Assembly: GCF_006345805.1 (NCBI RefSeq) | Contig: NC_043008.1 | Span: forward strand, 35,960,001 to 36,024,000 | Reading direction: 5' to 3' | DNA length: 64,000 nt | Source of the DNA: Octopus sinensis | Lineage: Eukaryota | In this document: positions 36,700-48,313 of the stretch, one piece after another | Layout: every line of letters begins with the position of its first letter | How positions within the stretch are numbered: the stretch's first letter is position 1 | Position numbers and translations under genes: made by a program | Notes under the pieces: generated by a model | What the model was told of the DNA's origin: nothing | Seen by the model: only the letters and a program-made list of their open reading frames with translations | Databases searched by the model: none

Positions 36700-36959
36700 C
36701 TATTATCCTGTTATTTACATTAGACAGATGTTTGTCTTCATCTTGTTTGTTGTTAATACGTTTCGGCTGATATACCCTCCAGCTTCCATCAGGTGTCTTG
36801 GGGAAATTTCGAAACTGGGTTCTCATTCCTAAGGTATTTTTCGATGTTATTATTATTGTTGTTATTCTTCTTATTATTATTCAGGTCACTGCCTGGAATC
36901 AAACTCGGAATCTTGGGGTTAGTAGCCTGCGCTCTTAACCACTACGCCATATGCCCGTG
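36700..36959 (-). mobile_element. tRNA-headed SINE whose body carries a hammerhead motif
   Basis: Head GGGCATATGGCGTAGTGGTTAAGAGCGCAGGCTACTAACCCCAAGATTCCGAGTTTGATTCC (A-box TGGCGTAGTGG, B-box GAGTTTGATTCC); AAT/AAC linker; body with GACAC-CTGATG[G]...GCTG(GAGGGTATAT)CAGCC-GAAACGT at 36797-36752. Confidence 0.8.
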
Positions 36960-36992
36960 GGTAATTATAGAGTGAATATTTTTCTATCCTTA

Positions 36993-37158
36993 CTTAGGAA
37001 TGAGAACCCAGTTTCGAAATATCCCCAAGACACCTGATGAAGGTTGGAGAGTATATCAGCCAAAATGTTGTGATAACAACAAACAAGATGAGGACAAATA
37101 TCCATCAACTGTAAATAATGTACATAATTCCTCATCTCTTAAATATAAAACTGTACTT
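36993..37158 (+). mobile_element. Headless inverted copy of the same SINE body, with hammerhead motif at 37029-37074
   Basis: cttaggaatgagaacccagtttcgaaat...GACAC-CTGATGA-A-GGTTG(GAGAGTATAT)CAGCC-[A]AAA-[T]GT-T-GTG; reverse complement of 36711-36833. Confidence 0.85.
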
Positions 37159-38759
37159 TTATCACTTTTATTATAATAATTACAGAGATTCCAAATACCG
37201 TAATCAGAACTCAGAAGAATATTTGCTTATAAAACATCAAGTCCAGCTACATTTGTTGAGGTCATCAACATTTTAACATATGCTTTTTTTCCTTGTTGAA
37301 AAACTGCTGTAGACAGTTACTATGGCAGCCAAACAAGTTTCTTTAACACAAGACAGTATGGTAAGCAGATTTGGAATTAATATTAATTTATATACAAATA
37401 ACAGATGACTAATGGACAAAAAAGACAAAAAAAAAAAAGAAAAGAGGAAAAAAATTCTTTCTTTCCATCCATCCATCCATTCAGATACAGCCTCAAAAGT
37501 AAAAATTAAAATTTTCCCAGAGCCAAACACTTGTATTGATCCATATAAAAATCTACTTCAACCCACAATAATTTGACTTGCTGCTTTGTAAGAAGACACT
37601 GATTTTAAACATGAAAAAGATAGAAATAGATAAATATCACATGAAATAATGAGAACGAAGGTGGTGATAAATTGTGGTGATAATGATGAAGAAGCCGACA
37701 CTGAAGACTCAGAAAATAGAAAGAGGCTGAAGGAAAAAGAAAAGACAAAGTTTAAAACAAAAAAAAAATTTCTTTGCATCTCAATTTTCCTCCTTCTGCC
37801 AACATTTTGAAAATCATTCTGTAAGTTTTAGTTTCAGAAAAATTGATTAGGAAGCATTTTAATGAAAGCTAACACTTGTGGCTATCTTTCATTCAGATAC
37901 ACATATGCACATACATATGCATGCTCAAATGCATGTTCACGCCCACAGGCATGTGTGTGCGACATAATTGATTTTCCAATTTATGGAGCTGTTGTCATGT
38001 CAACGGCTTATTTGCCTCTGCTTCCCAATGTAAACATATATTACACATAATAGAGACAGGTGGTAGGTAATTAATCATTGTGAACAATGGTTTTGATGTA
38101 GTAAGTGAGTTTGCATTGGTTGAATACTGATAAACTAGGAAAAAGAAAACCTGACATCAACCAAGCCTTACTATACAACAATGTTTCCATAAATTTCTCT
38201 ACAGGTAATAAATATATACCGCACAATCAAGATGGGTGATTCATGTCAATTATGTATACACACATCATTCACTTCATGCTTGACTTGCCAACAGCTACTG
38301 AATTATGGTCCCCCAAGTAAGGTGCATTACTTTTATTTGCCATGATTTATAAGTAAAAATAGGTGCTTAAGAAAATTGGGCTTAAGAAATACTCAGTTCA
38401 TAGAAAGAGGGTGTCTGACATTTTAAACTAAAACAAAAAAGAAGCCAATGAGGAGGAGTCTACAAGGTCATTCTAATAGAAATTTTCCATGCTAGAAATA
38501 GCAGCCAAAGAACTCCCACCTCAAGTCATACTCTACAATCTAAAAAATAGATGGGAGGGTCTTGGCTGGAATGCCTTTTATGTCAAGTCTGCTTCAAAAG
38601 GGTAAACACAGGATCAAATAATAACACTCACACAAAAAAGTCTAATGCTCATTTAATCCAATGGAAGATAATGTTACTTAATATATGCTAACAGATAGCT
38701 GCATTTTGATATTTTGCCAATAACTGTGCATATGCATTGTTAGTGCATGTTAGTAAAAC

Positions 38760-39400
38760 ATTACTGAGACAAGTGGAGAAGTTTAAGTATCTCCAGGACA
38801 TATTCACAAGTGATGGGGATGGGGGAGGAATAGGAGACTGAATTTGATGTTGGGATTGCTGGTGCTAGTACAGTAATGCACCAGCTTCAGTATTCGATCT
38901 TCAGAAGATGAGAGATCAGCAAAAAAAAAAAATTGCTGTCGTTTTTGATTTGAATTTTGTACCTATTCTCATCTATGATTATGAATGTTTGGTGATGATC
39001 AAAAAACTACAATTGTGAATGCAATTGGTTGAATTGAGGTTCTGCTAAAGGGTCTCTGAAGGGACATTACGCAACAGAGGGCATAGCTGAGAGATTAGGG
39101 AGTATCTCCCTGGTCAAGCTACTATTTCACCCCAATGAGTAGTCATAGCTCCAGTACTAGAGACATGGTTAGAATGCTGCAGGAAAGAATCACAAGACAG
39201 ATTCTTCAAGCTGAGCCACCTGGTAGGAGAATTAAGGGTAGGCCACAAGCAAGATAGTAGGATAATGTCCATAGCCTCAGTTGGTCATGTTTGGGAATCC
39301 AGCAGATAGGTTTAACAGGACTCAATGGAGGAGATACCTAACAACTCTACCCCCATGACCATCCCAGATATAATGGGTGGTGAAAATAGATGGGTGGATG
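38760..39400 (+). mobile_element. RTE-clade (Rex3/Expander-like) LINE 3' remnant
   Basis: LRQVEKFKYL.DIFTSDG, FVPILIYDYEC, VRMLQERITRQILQAEPPGRRIKGRPQAR; ends in a gatgggtggatg tail. Confidence 0.7.
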
Positions 39401-39949
39401 CATTATTAGTCATATTTATTCTATAATTTACTCAGTTATTTATATTAGTTGTTGTAATCTGAATCTAATGCCACACTCCTGCCATCTGTTGTTCACTTTT
39501 TTCTGCAAGGGATAACAAACAATAAAAAGGTATGCCAACATTTGGACAACAACTGCTTCTTTTTCACAGTGAAAGCTGCAAACGTTTAATTCAATCTGAG
39601 AGAAGAAGACTGATCTTCATTTGCAATCTTATATCAAAGACAATTGGATAATCAAATATTTCTGGAAGACATTACTTACATTGAAAAAGTAATGTCTTCG
39701 CAAAATGTTCTTTGAAATTCTATTTTTTTGAATGCTCTTAAAGATATGCAACTTTTTCTCAAGTAGAACCCCTATAATCCTTTCCTGCTAGGGAACTGAG
39801 ATACTTAGCAGCGATAATATGTTTAAATTGTTACACAGTAGTAGTTGCAGGGTAACAACCAATAAGCAACATATGAATTCCAAAGAGAAAAATGATGTTC
39901 TAGGAGAGGAAAAACAAGGAATTTAAAAGTGAAAGGAAGTTGCAGCAAT

Positions 39950-40270
39950 GACATGGGCATTAATACAAACCATATAGTTTCAGGTCCAATTATATTATGT
40001 GTCTTCTATGGCTCCAGGTAGATCAAAGCCTTCTGAGCAAATGTGGTAGATAGAAACTGATAAAAGCCCATTGTGCCCATTGTGTGTGAATGTAAATATA
40101 TAAAATACATGAAATGTAAGTATATGACTCATTGTCCTGACATCATGTGATAGTTATAAATAAGTACCACTGTTATACAAGCAGTGTCATTCATTTCCCA
40201 TATTTTGTGGAAACATGTCTGACCATGGGGAAATATGACTGTTTAGAAACAGGTGAAGGTTAGCAACATG
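39950..40270 (+). mobile_element. Decayed SINE with family A-like head and alternative body
   Basis: tgtcttctatggctccaggtagatcaaagccttctgag...ggtagatagaaactgataaaagccc then catgtctgaccatggggaaata...gaaacaggtgaaggttagcaac, shared with 9450-9590 and 32435-32620. Confidence 0.55.
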
Positions 40271-40770
40271 TAATTAATAACTATTTTAATGTGTCTTGAC
40301 CTAATTATAGAACTCACAACAAGCAGCTTAACCACAGGGCCAGCAATTCAACCACACTACATATTCTTTCTCTCACTCTCTCTCTCTCTGTTTCACTCAC
40401 ACACATACACACAGAGAGATTTCTTTTAATAAAAAGATTGAGAAATAACAATGTTTTTAAGTTCAAGGTGAAAGAAATTGATTTCATACATTATCATCAA
40501 GGAGTGATAAGATTTTTCATTAGAACAGTGACAGTAACTTGAAAAGGTAATTGAAGTTAAAAAACAATACTTCAGATATATTTAAACTCAATTCTAATAG
40601 GGAAAAGGAGATCTAAAGTTAATAAGCATTAATATGAATAATTACTAAAGATATCTAATTTTAACAACTTACTGAACATTGTGCTTTCTTATCATGCTTC
40701 GTTATTACTTAAAAGGAACCCATCCCAATTATTGAATACTCCTTGACTATTATTAAATATTAATCACAAT

Positions 40771-41000
40771 GGTGAGCTGGCAGAAACGTTAGCATGCTGG
40801 GTGAAATGCCAAGTGGTATTTCATCTGCCGCTACGTTCTGAGTTCAAATTCTGCCGAGGTTGATTTTGCCTTTCATCCTTTCAGGGTCGATTAAATAAGT
40901 ACCAGTTAATCATTGGGGTCGATGTAATCGACTTAATCCCCTTGTCTGTCCTTGTTTGTCCCCTCTATGTTTAGCCCCTTGTGGGCAATAAAGAAATAAA
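40771..41000 (+). mobile_element. tRNA-derived SINE family B, best preserved copy
   Basis: ggtgagctggcagaaacgttagcatgctgg...gttctgagttcaaattctgccgaggttgattttgcctttcatcctttcagggtcgattaaataagtaccag...ttgtgggcaataaagaaataa. Other decayed copies near 12600-13200, 27945-28110 and 45130-45480. Confidence 0.85.
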
Positions 41001-41499
41001 TTAAACACAATAAAATTCTTTACTACATTTTCAATAAACATGCTTTAAAATATTGGCGTCTTTCTATTTTGGTGTCATTTCATCAGTGAAGGTCAATGTT
41101 CTTAAATCTGATCTGTTTTTTGACCAACACATTTCCATTACATTACACGTCAATAAGTCATTGATGGCTGAGTTAATGGAAAAGATAACAAGTGAAAGAG
41201 GGAGATGAATATCATTTTGTATCTTAGTATTGTGCCACATCTATGCCAACACACTTTTGAAGTAAGGAAGTACCACTGAATGCAATGGCTCACTATTGTA
41301 AGTAGTAGTATCACTAAAAATTACAAGTTTTACATGACATTTTACAGAGCTTAAGTTAGTGTGGTTTTGCACTACAACAGAAGGACTAACGGTAAAGCCC
41401 CATGTTCTAACACATCACTAGCATACAGCAAGAGACTGACAATAAATAACTTTTCCATAGTTAAGTTATTTTTATCTTTTTACATCCATCTCCTGTCGT

Positions 41500-41740
41500 T
41501 AGATGACATATGAGGGGTCTGCAATTTCTAGCTGAACAACCTGCACAAATGATTTGTTTATAGTGATCAAATGTCTGTGTTCACATCAGCCCACTCCTTC
41601 CATCAAATTGACATTGCCTGTACAGCTGCAAGAGCAAAGTGAAATGAAGTGCTTTGTTTAAGAACACAACACCCAGTCTGGGAATTGAAACCATGATTTC
41701 GCAATTGTAAGTGCAACACTAACCACTCAGCCATGCACCT
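41500..41740 (-). mobile_element. Decayed tRNA-derived SINE related in its head to 35588
   Basis: Reverse complement ggtgcatggctgagtggttagtgttgcac...atcatggtttcaattcccagactgggtgttgtgttcttaaacaaagcactt. Confidence 0.65.
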
Positions 41741-41977
41741 TCACATAAGTGTATATATGTATGTATATGTGTGTGTATGGAGAGAGAGAATTTCTCATTA
41801 AATCTTTCTGTTTTCCATTAAATCCTAACCATTGTACTGTCACTAGGTCCCTATGCAGCACAAAGAATGTCAACTGGTACAGACAACTTTTATATTCTGT
41901 TGAACCACCCAAGCAGACTCCCACCTCTATTCAACTAGACACATTGAAGAGAAACACACTTGTACTTTGCTTTAGAG

Positions 41978-42477
41978 CAGTGGGGTCACCAAACTTTTTT
42001 CACAGTGGGCCAGAAAACTGAGAGAATAAGCTCTGGCTGCATGACCATTTTGTTCAATACAATACAGTAAATACACAAAAAATAAAGGCAACCAACATAT
42101 TTATTTACCAAAAAGTTATCAAAAAGGCGACATTAGCAATAAGATAGTTATATCACATCCAGTGTGCACACATCCGAATCTCACAAACTAAGCAGCGAAA
42201 AAGGTTCATGAGATTTCTGAAACTGGTGTTTAGCTTTTAAGATATCATCAATATTTGCTTTGGAATCTCTGCATCCAACCAAGAGAAGTGCTTTCAAATG
42301 TTCATCAGTCAACCTTGTTCAATGTGCTGATTTCACATACTCCATTTTTGAAAATGTTTGCTCACAGACAGATGCCGTACCAGAGGCAAATGAACTTTCA
42401 TTGCAGGTACTTACACAAAAGGTACAGTATGGTGGTGGGCTGGATCTGACTCACAGGCCATAGTTTGGTGACCCTTG
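41978..42477 (-). mobile_element. hAT (Charlie/Buster/SPIN-like) non-autonomous deletion derivative, both ends intact
   Basis: TIRs CAGTGGGGTCACCAAACT / AGTTTGGTGACCCTTG; 8-bp TSD ctttagag (41970-41977) and ctttagaa (42478-42485); minus-strand remnant SVCEQTFSKMEYVKSAH*TRLTDEHLKALL...NIDDILK.K.QFQKSH, the hAT dimerisation C-terminus. Confidence 0.9.
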
Positions 42478-44366
42478 CTTTAGAATAATAAAATAAAAAT
42501 TAGAAATCCCTATCAAAGCAAACTCTATATTTATGGGTTTCATAGGATCAGCAAATTTTCAAAAACAACTTTTAACTCTTAAATTTGAAAGACAGTGTCT
42601 ATAATCTTTCCAGATTCTATATTAGGGGACAAAAAGAGCTAGATAAGGTTAATGTTTGGTATTAACTTTTAAAGGTCACTTGTTAGAGTAGAATTGGATA
42701 AAGTGCTTAGAGTGTGACAGACAGGAGGGGGTTGACTTAGATGGAGACTGTATAGACAATTTCTGAGAAACAGAGACCATTAGAGTAAAAGAAAAGAGTT
42801 TTAGAAGTGAAAGGATGATTGAAGAGTATGAGCATGTGAGTTTTCTCGTTTCCTAAGTACAAAACTTTTCCGTCCCCAAATACATTAAAAGAAATTATAC
42901 GCAGTAATCTGTGTATAATAAATACACAGATTACTGTGTAATGAATAATAAATGAATGAGAACAAAATAATTCTGAAAGAAAATAGTTATAAATGTAAAT
43001 AGCCAAATATTTTCAGTCATACATCAAACATTGGTCATACATCATAGATTGGTCATACATCAATTAATGTAATTTTGAAACAGACTAAACTACAAGAAAA
43101 AATATTTTTTTTAAATATGAGGAGGGAGGGAGAGAGAGAGAGAATGTCTATGTACATGTGTGCACTTGTTTATATGCAATTAAGTAAAATCCAGCAATTA
43201 TTTTAAATAAAAAGATACTAGTCACAACAACAATAACAAAATCAAAATTAAATTCTTTGGATATTTGTTTTTAATTTGTATCATTCATCATTTGTCCAGC
43301 AGGCCACTGGGTGTTGTTGAAGCGACCTTCAAGCAACCCACATGAGAATTGGTCTGACCTGTTAAATATTTATGTTTAAGTCACTTGATGATTAAAGAGG
43401 CCAGTGGGTGTGGGGAGGAGGAGAGAGAGAGATAGCTATATGTTCTGTGAGGATATAAAAAAAAAGTAAAAAACATTCTGTAACCTATAAGTTTTGGAAA
43501 CTGCTTCTTTAAAACGTGGGGGTGAAGAGGTAGTGAAGAAGAAAAATTACAAATTAAAATCATGAATAATCTGCTGTTTTTATACAGAAATACAAACATT
43601 TTATACATTAGCTACACATTTCCTAAATTTCTCTTCTCTCTTTTTTTTTACATTTTGATAGAGAAGGGAATACATTATTTATAACAATTTTTAGGTTTTA
43701 GTCTCCTTAGTGTGGGAAATAAGGATACAGAGAAGGGGTTGGTATCAGTGTGATGTTGAAGTTTATGAGAAAATGTGAAAAGGATGTTTGAAAAATGAAT
43801 GCAATTCTAAGGGAAAAAAATGGATTGTACAAAGTATTTATTCAAATAACTGATGGTGATGTTTTGGTTAAGGTTGAGACATAAACACAGTATGTCTTCT
43901 TCCACCAAGAATTTAAATTTCATTCAAAATTTTTTTAAATATTTATATATATATATATATATATATTAGCATTAATAAAGTAGAGCATAAATTCTTTAAC
44001 CAATTCCTGAAAATCTTCAGATATGCACCACTACAACAATCCAGACTAAGATAATAATGATTCAAGATGTGCTTAATAGATTGCTTTCCACATGACCTTC
44101 TCCAAGCATATAGACTCATCAGTGTAACCTCAAAAAATATGAATGTTTTATACGGCTGCCATTAATTGATTCAGTTCAGCCAGGTTACCCTTGGGTACTT
44201 ACTTACAACAGGAAGTTCATCCTAGAGTTTTAAGTGCCTTAACCACAGACAAGGAGCAGAGGAAGGATATGAATTACTCATCCCTGTAGCTTGTTGTGTT
44301 TTACCCTAAAACTTGGACAGATATTTCCTTTAGTTATAGTGACAAAATCATTTTTCAAGAATTAGC

Positions 44367-44547
44367 TTAACTCTTCATCATTCAGATTACTTTGTCAAAT
44401 TAATAATGTAGCTTGTAGCTTCAGGGTTTTAAAGATGTGATTGTTTATCTTTTAGAATCACATTGCAGGGAAAGTGTGACCAGTTTGAACTTAAAACAGG
44501 TAGAATATTTGAGCTGGATATGACTGGTTTAAAAGCTAAAGGGTTAA
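44367..44547 (+). mobile_element. MITE family A, shortened copy
   Basis: TTAA-ctcttcatcattcagattactttgtcaaat...taaaacaggtagaatattt...gctaaagggTTAA. Confidence 0.8.
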
Positions 44548-46766
44548 AAGAAATATTAACCCTCAACTAATAAAATTAAGCTAGAAGTGTAAATATTGAA
44601 GTCTATGCATTTATTCAATGTGCTGTACAAAATAAAACAGCTGTAAAAAAATTATAAAAAAGAGACAAAAATAAACATTTCTAATCATTATTCAGTAAAT
44701 CAAAATAGAAGACATACATATATCATTGTGCCATGAAGTAAAACAAAGACATGTATTGTTCTATTTACATGGAAGTGGAGTAGCAGTGTTCATGACCTTT
44801 GCTACCTGTCCTAGACTAGAAACCAATGTAGAGGACAAACCAGAAACACAAGTGTTTATTTTATCCAAAAGCACAAATAATGTACAGCTTTTCTTTTTTT
44901 TTTATATATTTCCAAACCAATCTCTGATTTGGTTTGGAATTTGGCAACTTATTTTATTAACTATGGAGTGATGAAAGAAAGCTGACCTTAGAGTGATTTA
45001 ATCTGAACACTGAAAGGAAATGTAAAAAACTATACTCTTCACTACCGTTCTAATGAATCTACTATTCAACACAAAATAACACTTTAGATGACTGACAAAA
45101 AAAGTTGCACATCTTTTGAAGAGGGTGGAGATGATTTAATCATTCCCAGTTCTTAGCAGCGACTTATTTTATAAACATCAGAAGGTTGAAAAGCAAAACC
45201 AAACTCAGTGGTATTTCAATGAGGAATGTAAAGGGGCATGACTAAATACCACATATTTTAGTCTGGCACTATCGTTTCTCATAACAATGATTTTCAAAAT
45301 ATCACGAGGTCACTAAGTCACTAAGTTTTTAGCAAAGCTATAAGGTGAGCTGAATAAACCCAGTACTTGACTGGTACGTGTTTTATTGATCTTGGAAAGC
45401 TGACAGGCAAAGTTGATCATCAGCAGAATTTCAACTAAAGTTATATAAAGACATAAATAAATGCATTTTGCCTACTGCCCTACTGGCTTATGCCTAACTC
45501 ACTGGTACTTCACAACTCTGGAGAAATGAAAACAAAATCACACCTTGCAGCTTTTGAATTTAAAACATGCAAAATGGAAATTAAATATTGTAAAAGACAA
45601 CTATTTCTACCAGAGTCTAACACTGATGTGTTAGTCACAAAAGATATGCAATATGGAAAAACAGTCAAGTTCACCCTCGAAGACAAACAACTGGGGATGT
45701 ACACGTGTATAAACAAAATGTAAATGATAAAATACAAAACATAAACAAAGTTATGAACACACTGTACCATCATCTGTGCATATGTATAAATGCTCTAATG
45801 TGTAGCAACAACATTGCTATAATTTGCCATATATTCCTAACTTGTCTGTGTCCAACCAAACCTTACCAACATGGAACAAAATAAGAATGAGCACATACAC
45901 TGGCAGAAGACTAAAATGATGTTTTAGATGCCATCGGGATTGTGCAGGATTAACCAATAGGAGAGGGACATATGAAAGGCTTGTAAACTTGTTTAGACAG
46001 TTTCAGTTGTCTAACAGGTACAGGTTGGATTTCTTAAATGCATCAGTGTTGATATGGAGCAATTACATTGGATCAACTGAGTTGTATTTAGATAGAGTAT
46101 TTGAGTCAGCAGACATGAGGTGTAGAGTCTCCCAGATTTTAAGTGGTAGGCAACAAAAACTACAAAGTTGTGATCCATACAGCTGACTTAGATAGCACAT
46201 AGGAATATGGTCATTAGAAGCTGAATGCATTGTTCCAAATGTGCAAGGATTATAGCAATTTGATTAGTGAATTAGTTAAGTAGCTGTTGATGAGGAAAGT
46301 AGGGGTTACTGCAAAAAGGGTGATTACTTTAGAAACAAAAGAGTTAATTACAGCAGCAACAGAATGGAGACAGAGTAACTTAGCAAGTTAGAAGAGGTGA
46401 TTATAAAATATAAAACATGATGGTGATGTTACTAGATTTATGGAACATGCTCTTAGACATGCATAAACAAAGCTGTTTGATGAGTCTGGTTAGCAGAGGT
46501 GCAACATGACAGTCACAATTCAGCCACTGGTAACATGTGCTATTCCATTCCAAGCAGTGATAGCAATGGTTTAAAGATGATAGTGGACTTCAGTGTATAC
46601 TTCAACAACATGCAGTTACCCTTTGAAGATGACACAAAATGATGCAAAAAGCCAATAGCAGCAGCCAAGATATGATCAGCACAAAGTCGTTATGTAAGGA
46701 GCAAAGTGCTTGGTTTAGATGGCCTACATTACAAGCTTTATGGACATGTTTGTGTGCGTGTGTGTG

Positions 46767-48313
46767 ATCATCATCATCATCATTTAACGTCCGCTTTCTA
46801 TGCTAGCACGGGTTGGACATATAACTGAGGGCTGGCAAACCAGATGGCTGCACCAGGCTTCAATCTTGATTTGGTAGAGTTTCTACAGCTGGATGCCCTT
46901 CCTAATGCCAACCACTCCGAGAGTGTTGTGGGTGCTTTTACGTGCCACCAGCACGGGGCCAGTCAGGCGGCACTGGCAACGATCTTGCTTAAATCTTTTA
47001 CACATGCCACCGGCATGGGTGCTAGTAAGGCGATGCTGGTAATGATCCCGCTCGAGTGGTGTTTTTTGCGAGCTTACGCCTGTCCTCCGCAGTCACAGCC
47101 CATGTTTCACTGCTATGTTGCACAGCTGTTCGTACACATGCGTCATACAGTCTACCTTTTACTCTGAGCGAGAGGCCCTTTGTCACCAGCAGAGGTAAGA
47201 GCTCTCTGAACTTTGCCCAAACTATTCTTATTCTAGCAGCTATACTTTCAGCACACCCTCCCCCACTACTGACTTGGTCACCTAGGTAACAGAAGCTATC
47301 AACTACTTCTAGTTTTTCTCCCTGAAATGTAGCAGAAGTTGTTCTCTGCGCATTGTCAGGGCTTATTGCTCCCGAGCATCTGCCACATACAAAAACTATC
47401 TTCCCCGTTAGCCTTCATTTGATATTACTGCACCTCTTATGTGTCCATAGCTTACACTGGGTACATCTTATAGAGTTTCTACCTACGCCTCTACTACAGA
47501 TCGAGCAGAGCCATCTACCTGAAGGGATTTGTGGTTTGTCTGCCTTCCTACTTATTAGGATTTTGGTTTTAGCTAGGTTGACTCTAAGGCCCTTCGATTC
47601 TAAACCTTGTTTCCACAACTGAAACTTCTCCTCTAGTTCTGATAGTGACTCAGCAATTAGAGTAAGGTCATCAGTATAGAGGAGCTCCCAGGGGTATCCT
47701 GTCTTGAATTCCTCCATTATTGCCAGGAGGACTATGATAAATAGGAGGGGGCTGAGGACTGAACCTTGGTGGACCCCCTACCTCTACCCTGAATTCTTCA
47801 GTGTACTCGTTACCAACCCTCACCTTACTTACAGCGTCCCTGTACATGGCTCGCACAGCTCTCACTAACCATTCATCTATCCCTAGTTTCCTCATTGACC
47901 ACCAGATAAGGGATCGGGGGACCCTGTCAAAGGCTTTCTCCATGTCAACAAAAGCCAGTTACAGGGGCTTATCTTTGGCTAGGTATTTCTCCTGCAGCTG
48001 TCTTACCAGAAATATGGCATCAGTGGTGCTTTTCCCTGGCACGAAACCAAACTGCATCACATCGAAGGTGACTCTCTCCCTAATCAGTTGGGCTATGACC
48101 CTCTCCGTAACCTTCATTACCTGATCCAACAGCTTGATACCTCTGTAATTATTTGTACCTAGAGTGTCACCTTTACCTTTGTAGCAGTTGACTATTATGC
48201 TGCTACACTAGTCATTGGGTATGACTCCTTCGTGTATCACCAGGTTAACTATACAGGTGACTAACCAGGTGATACACGAAGGAGTCACACCCAATGACTG
48301 GTGTAGCAGCATA
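46767..48313 (-). mobile_element. 5'-truncated RTE LINE (RT domain, PHD insert, 3' UTR, (GAT)n tail), inactive
   Basis: NYRGIKLL, MQFGFVPGKSTTDAIF, AFVDMEKAFDRVP, (frameshift) HQGSVLSPLLF, LLYTDD, VNLAKTK, LEVVDSFCYLGD, VKGRLYDACVR; three stops and one frameshift; deletion near 47060 joins to the 3' UTR. Confidence 0.95.

Noticed and set aside
37640-37810. Plus-strand acidic and lysine-rich reading (DNDEEADTEDSENRKRLKEKEK)
   Set aside because: Low-complexity purine-rich tract with no splice or homology support.
46844-47622. Plus-strand ORFs of 77-107 aa (and 25988-26287)
   Set aside because: Antisense readings of the RTE LINE and its 3' UTR.
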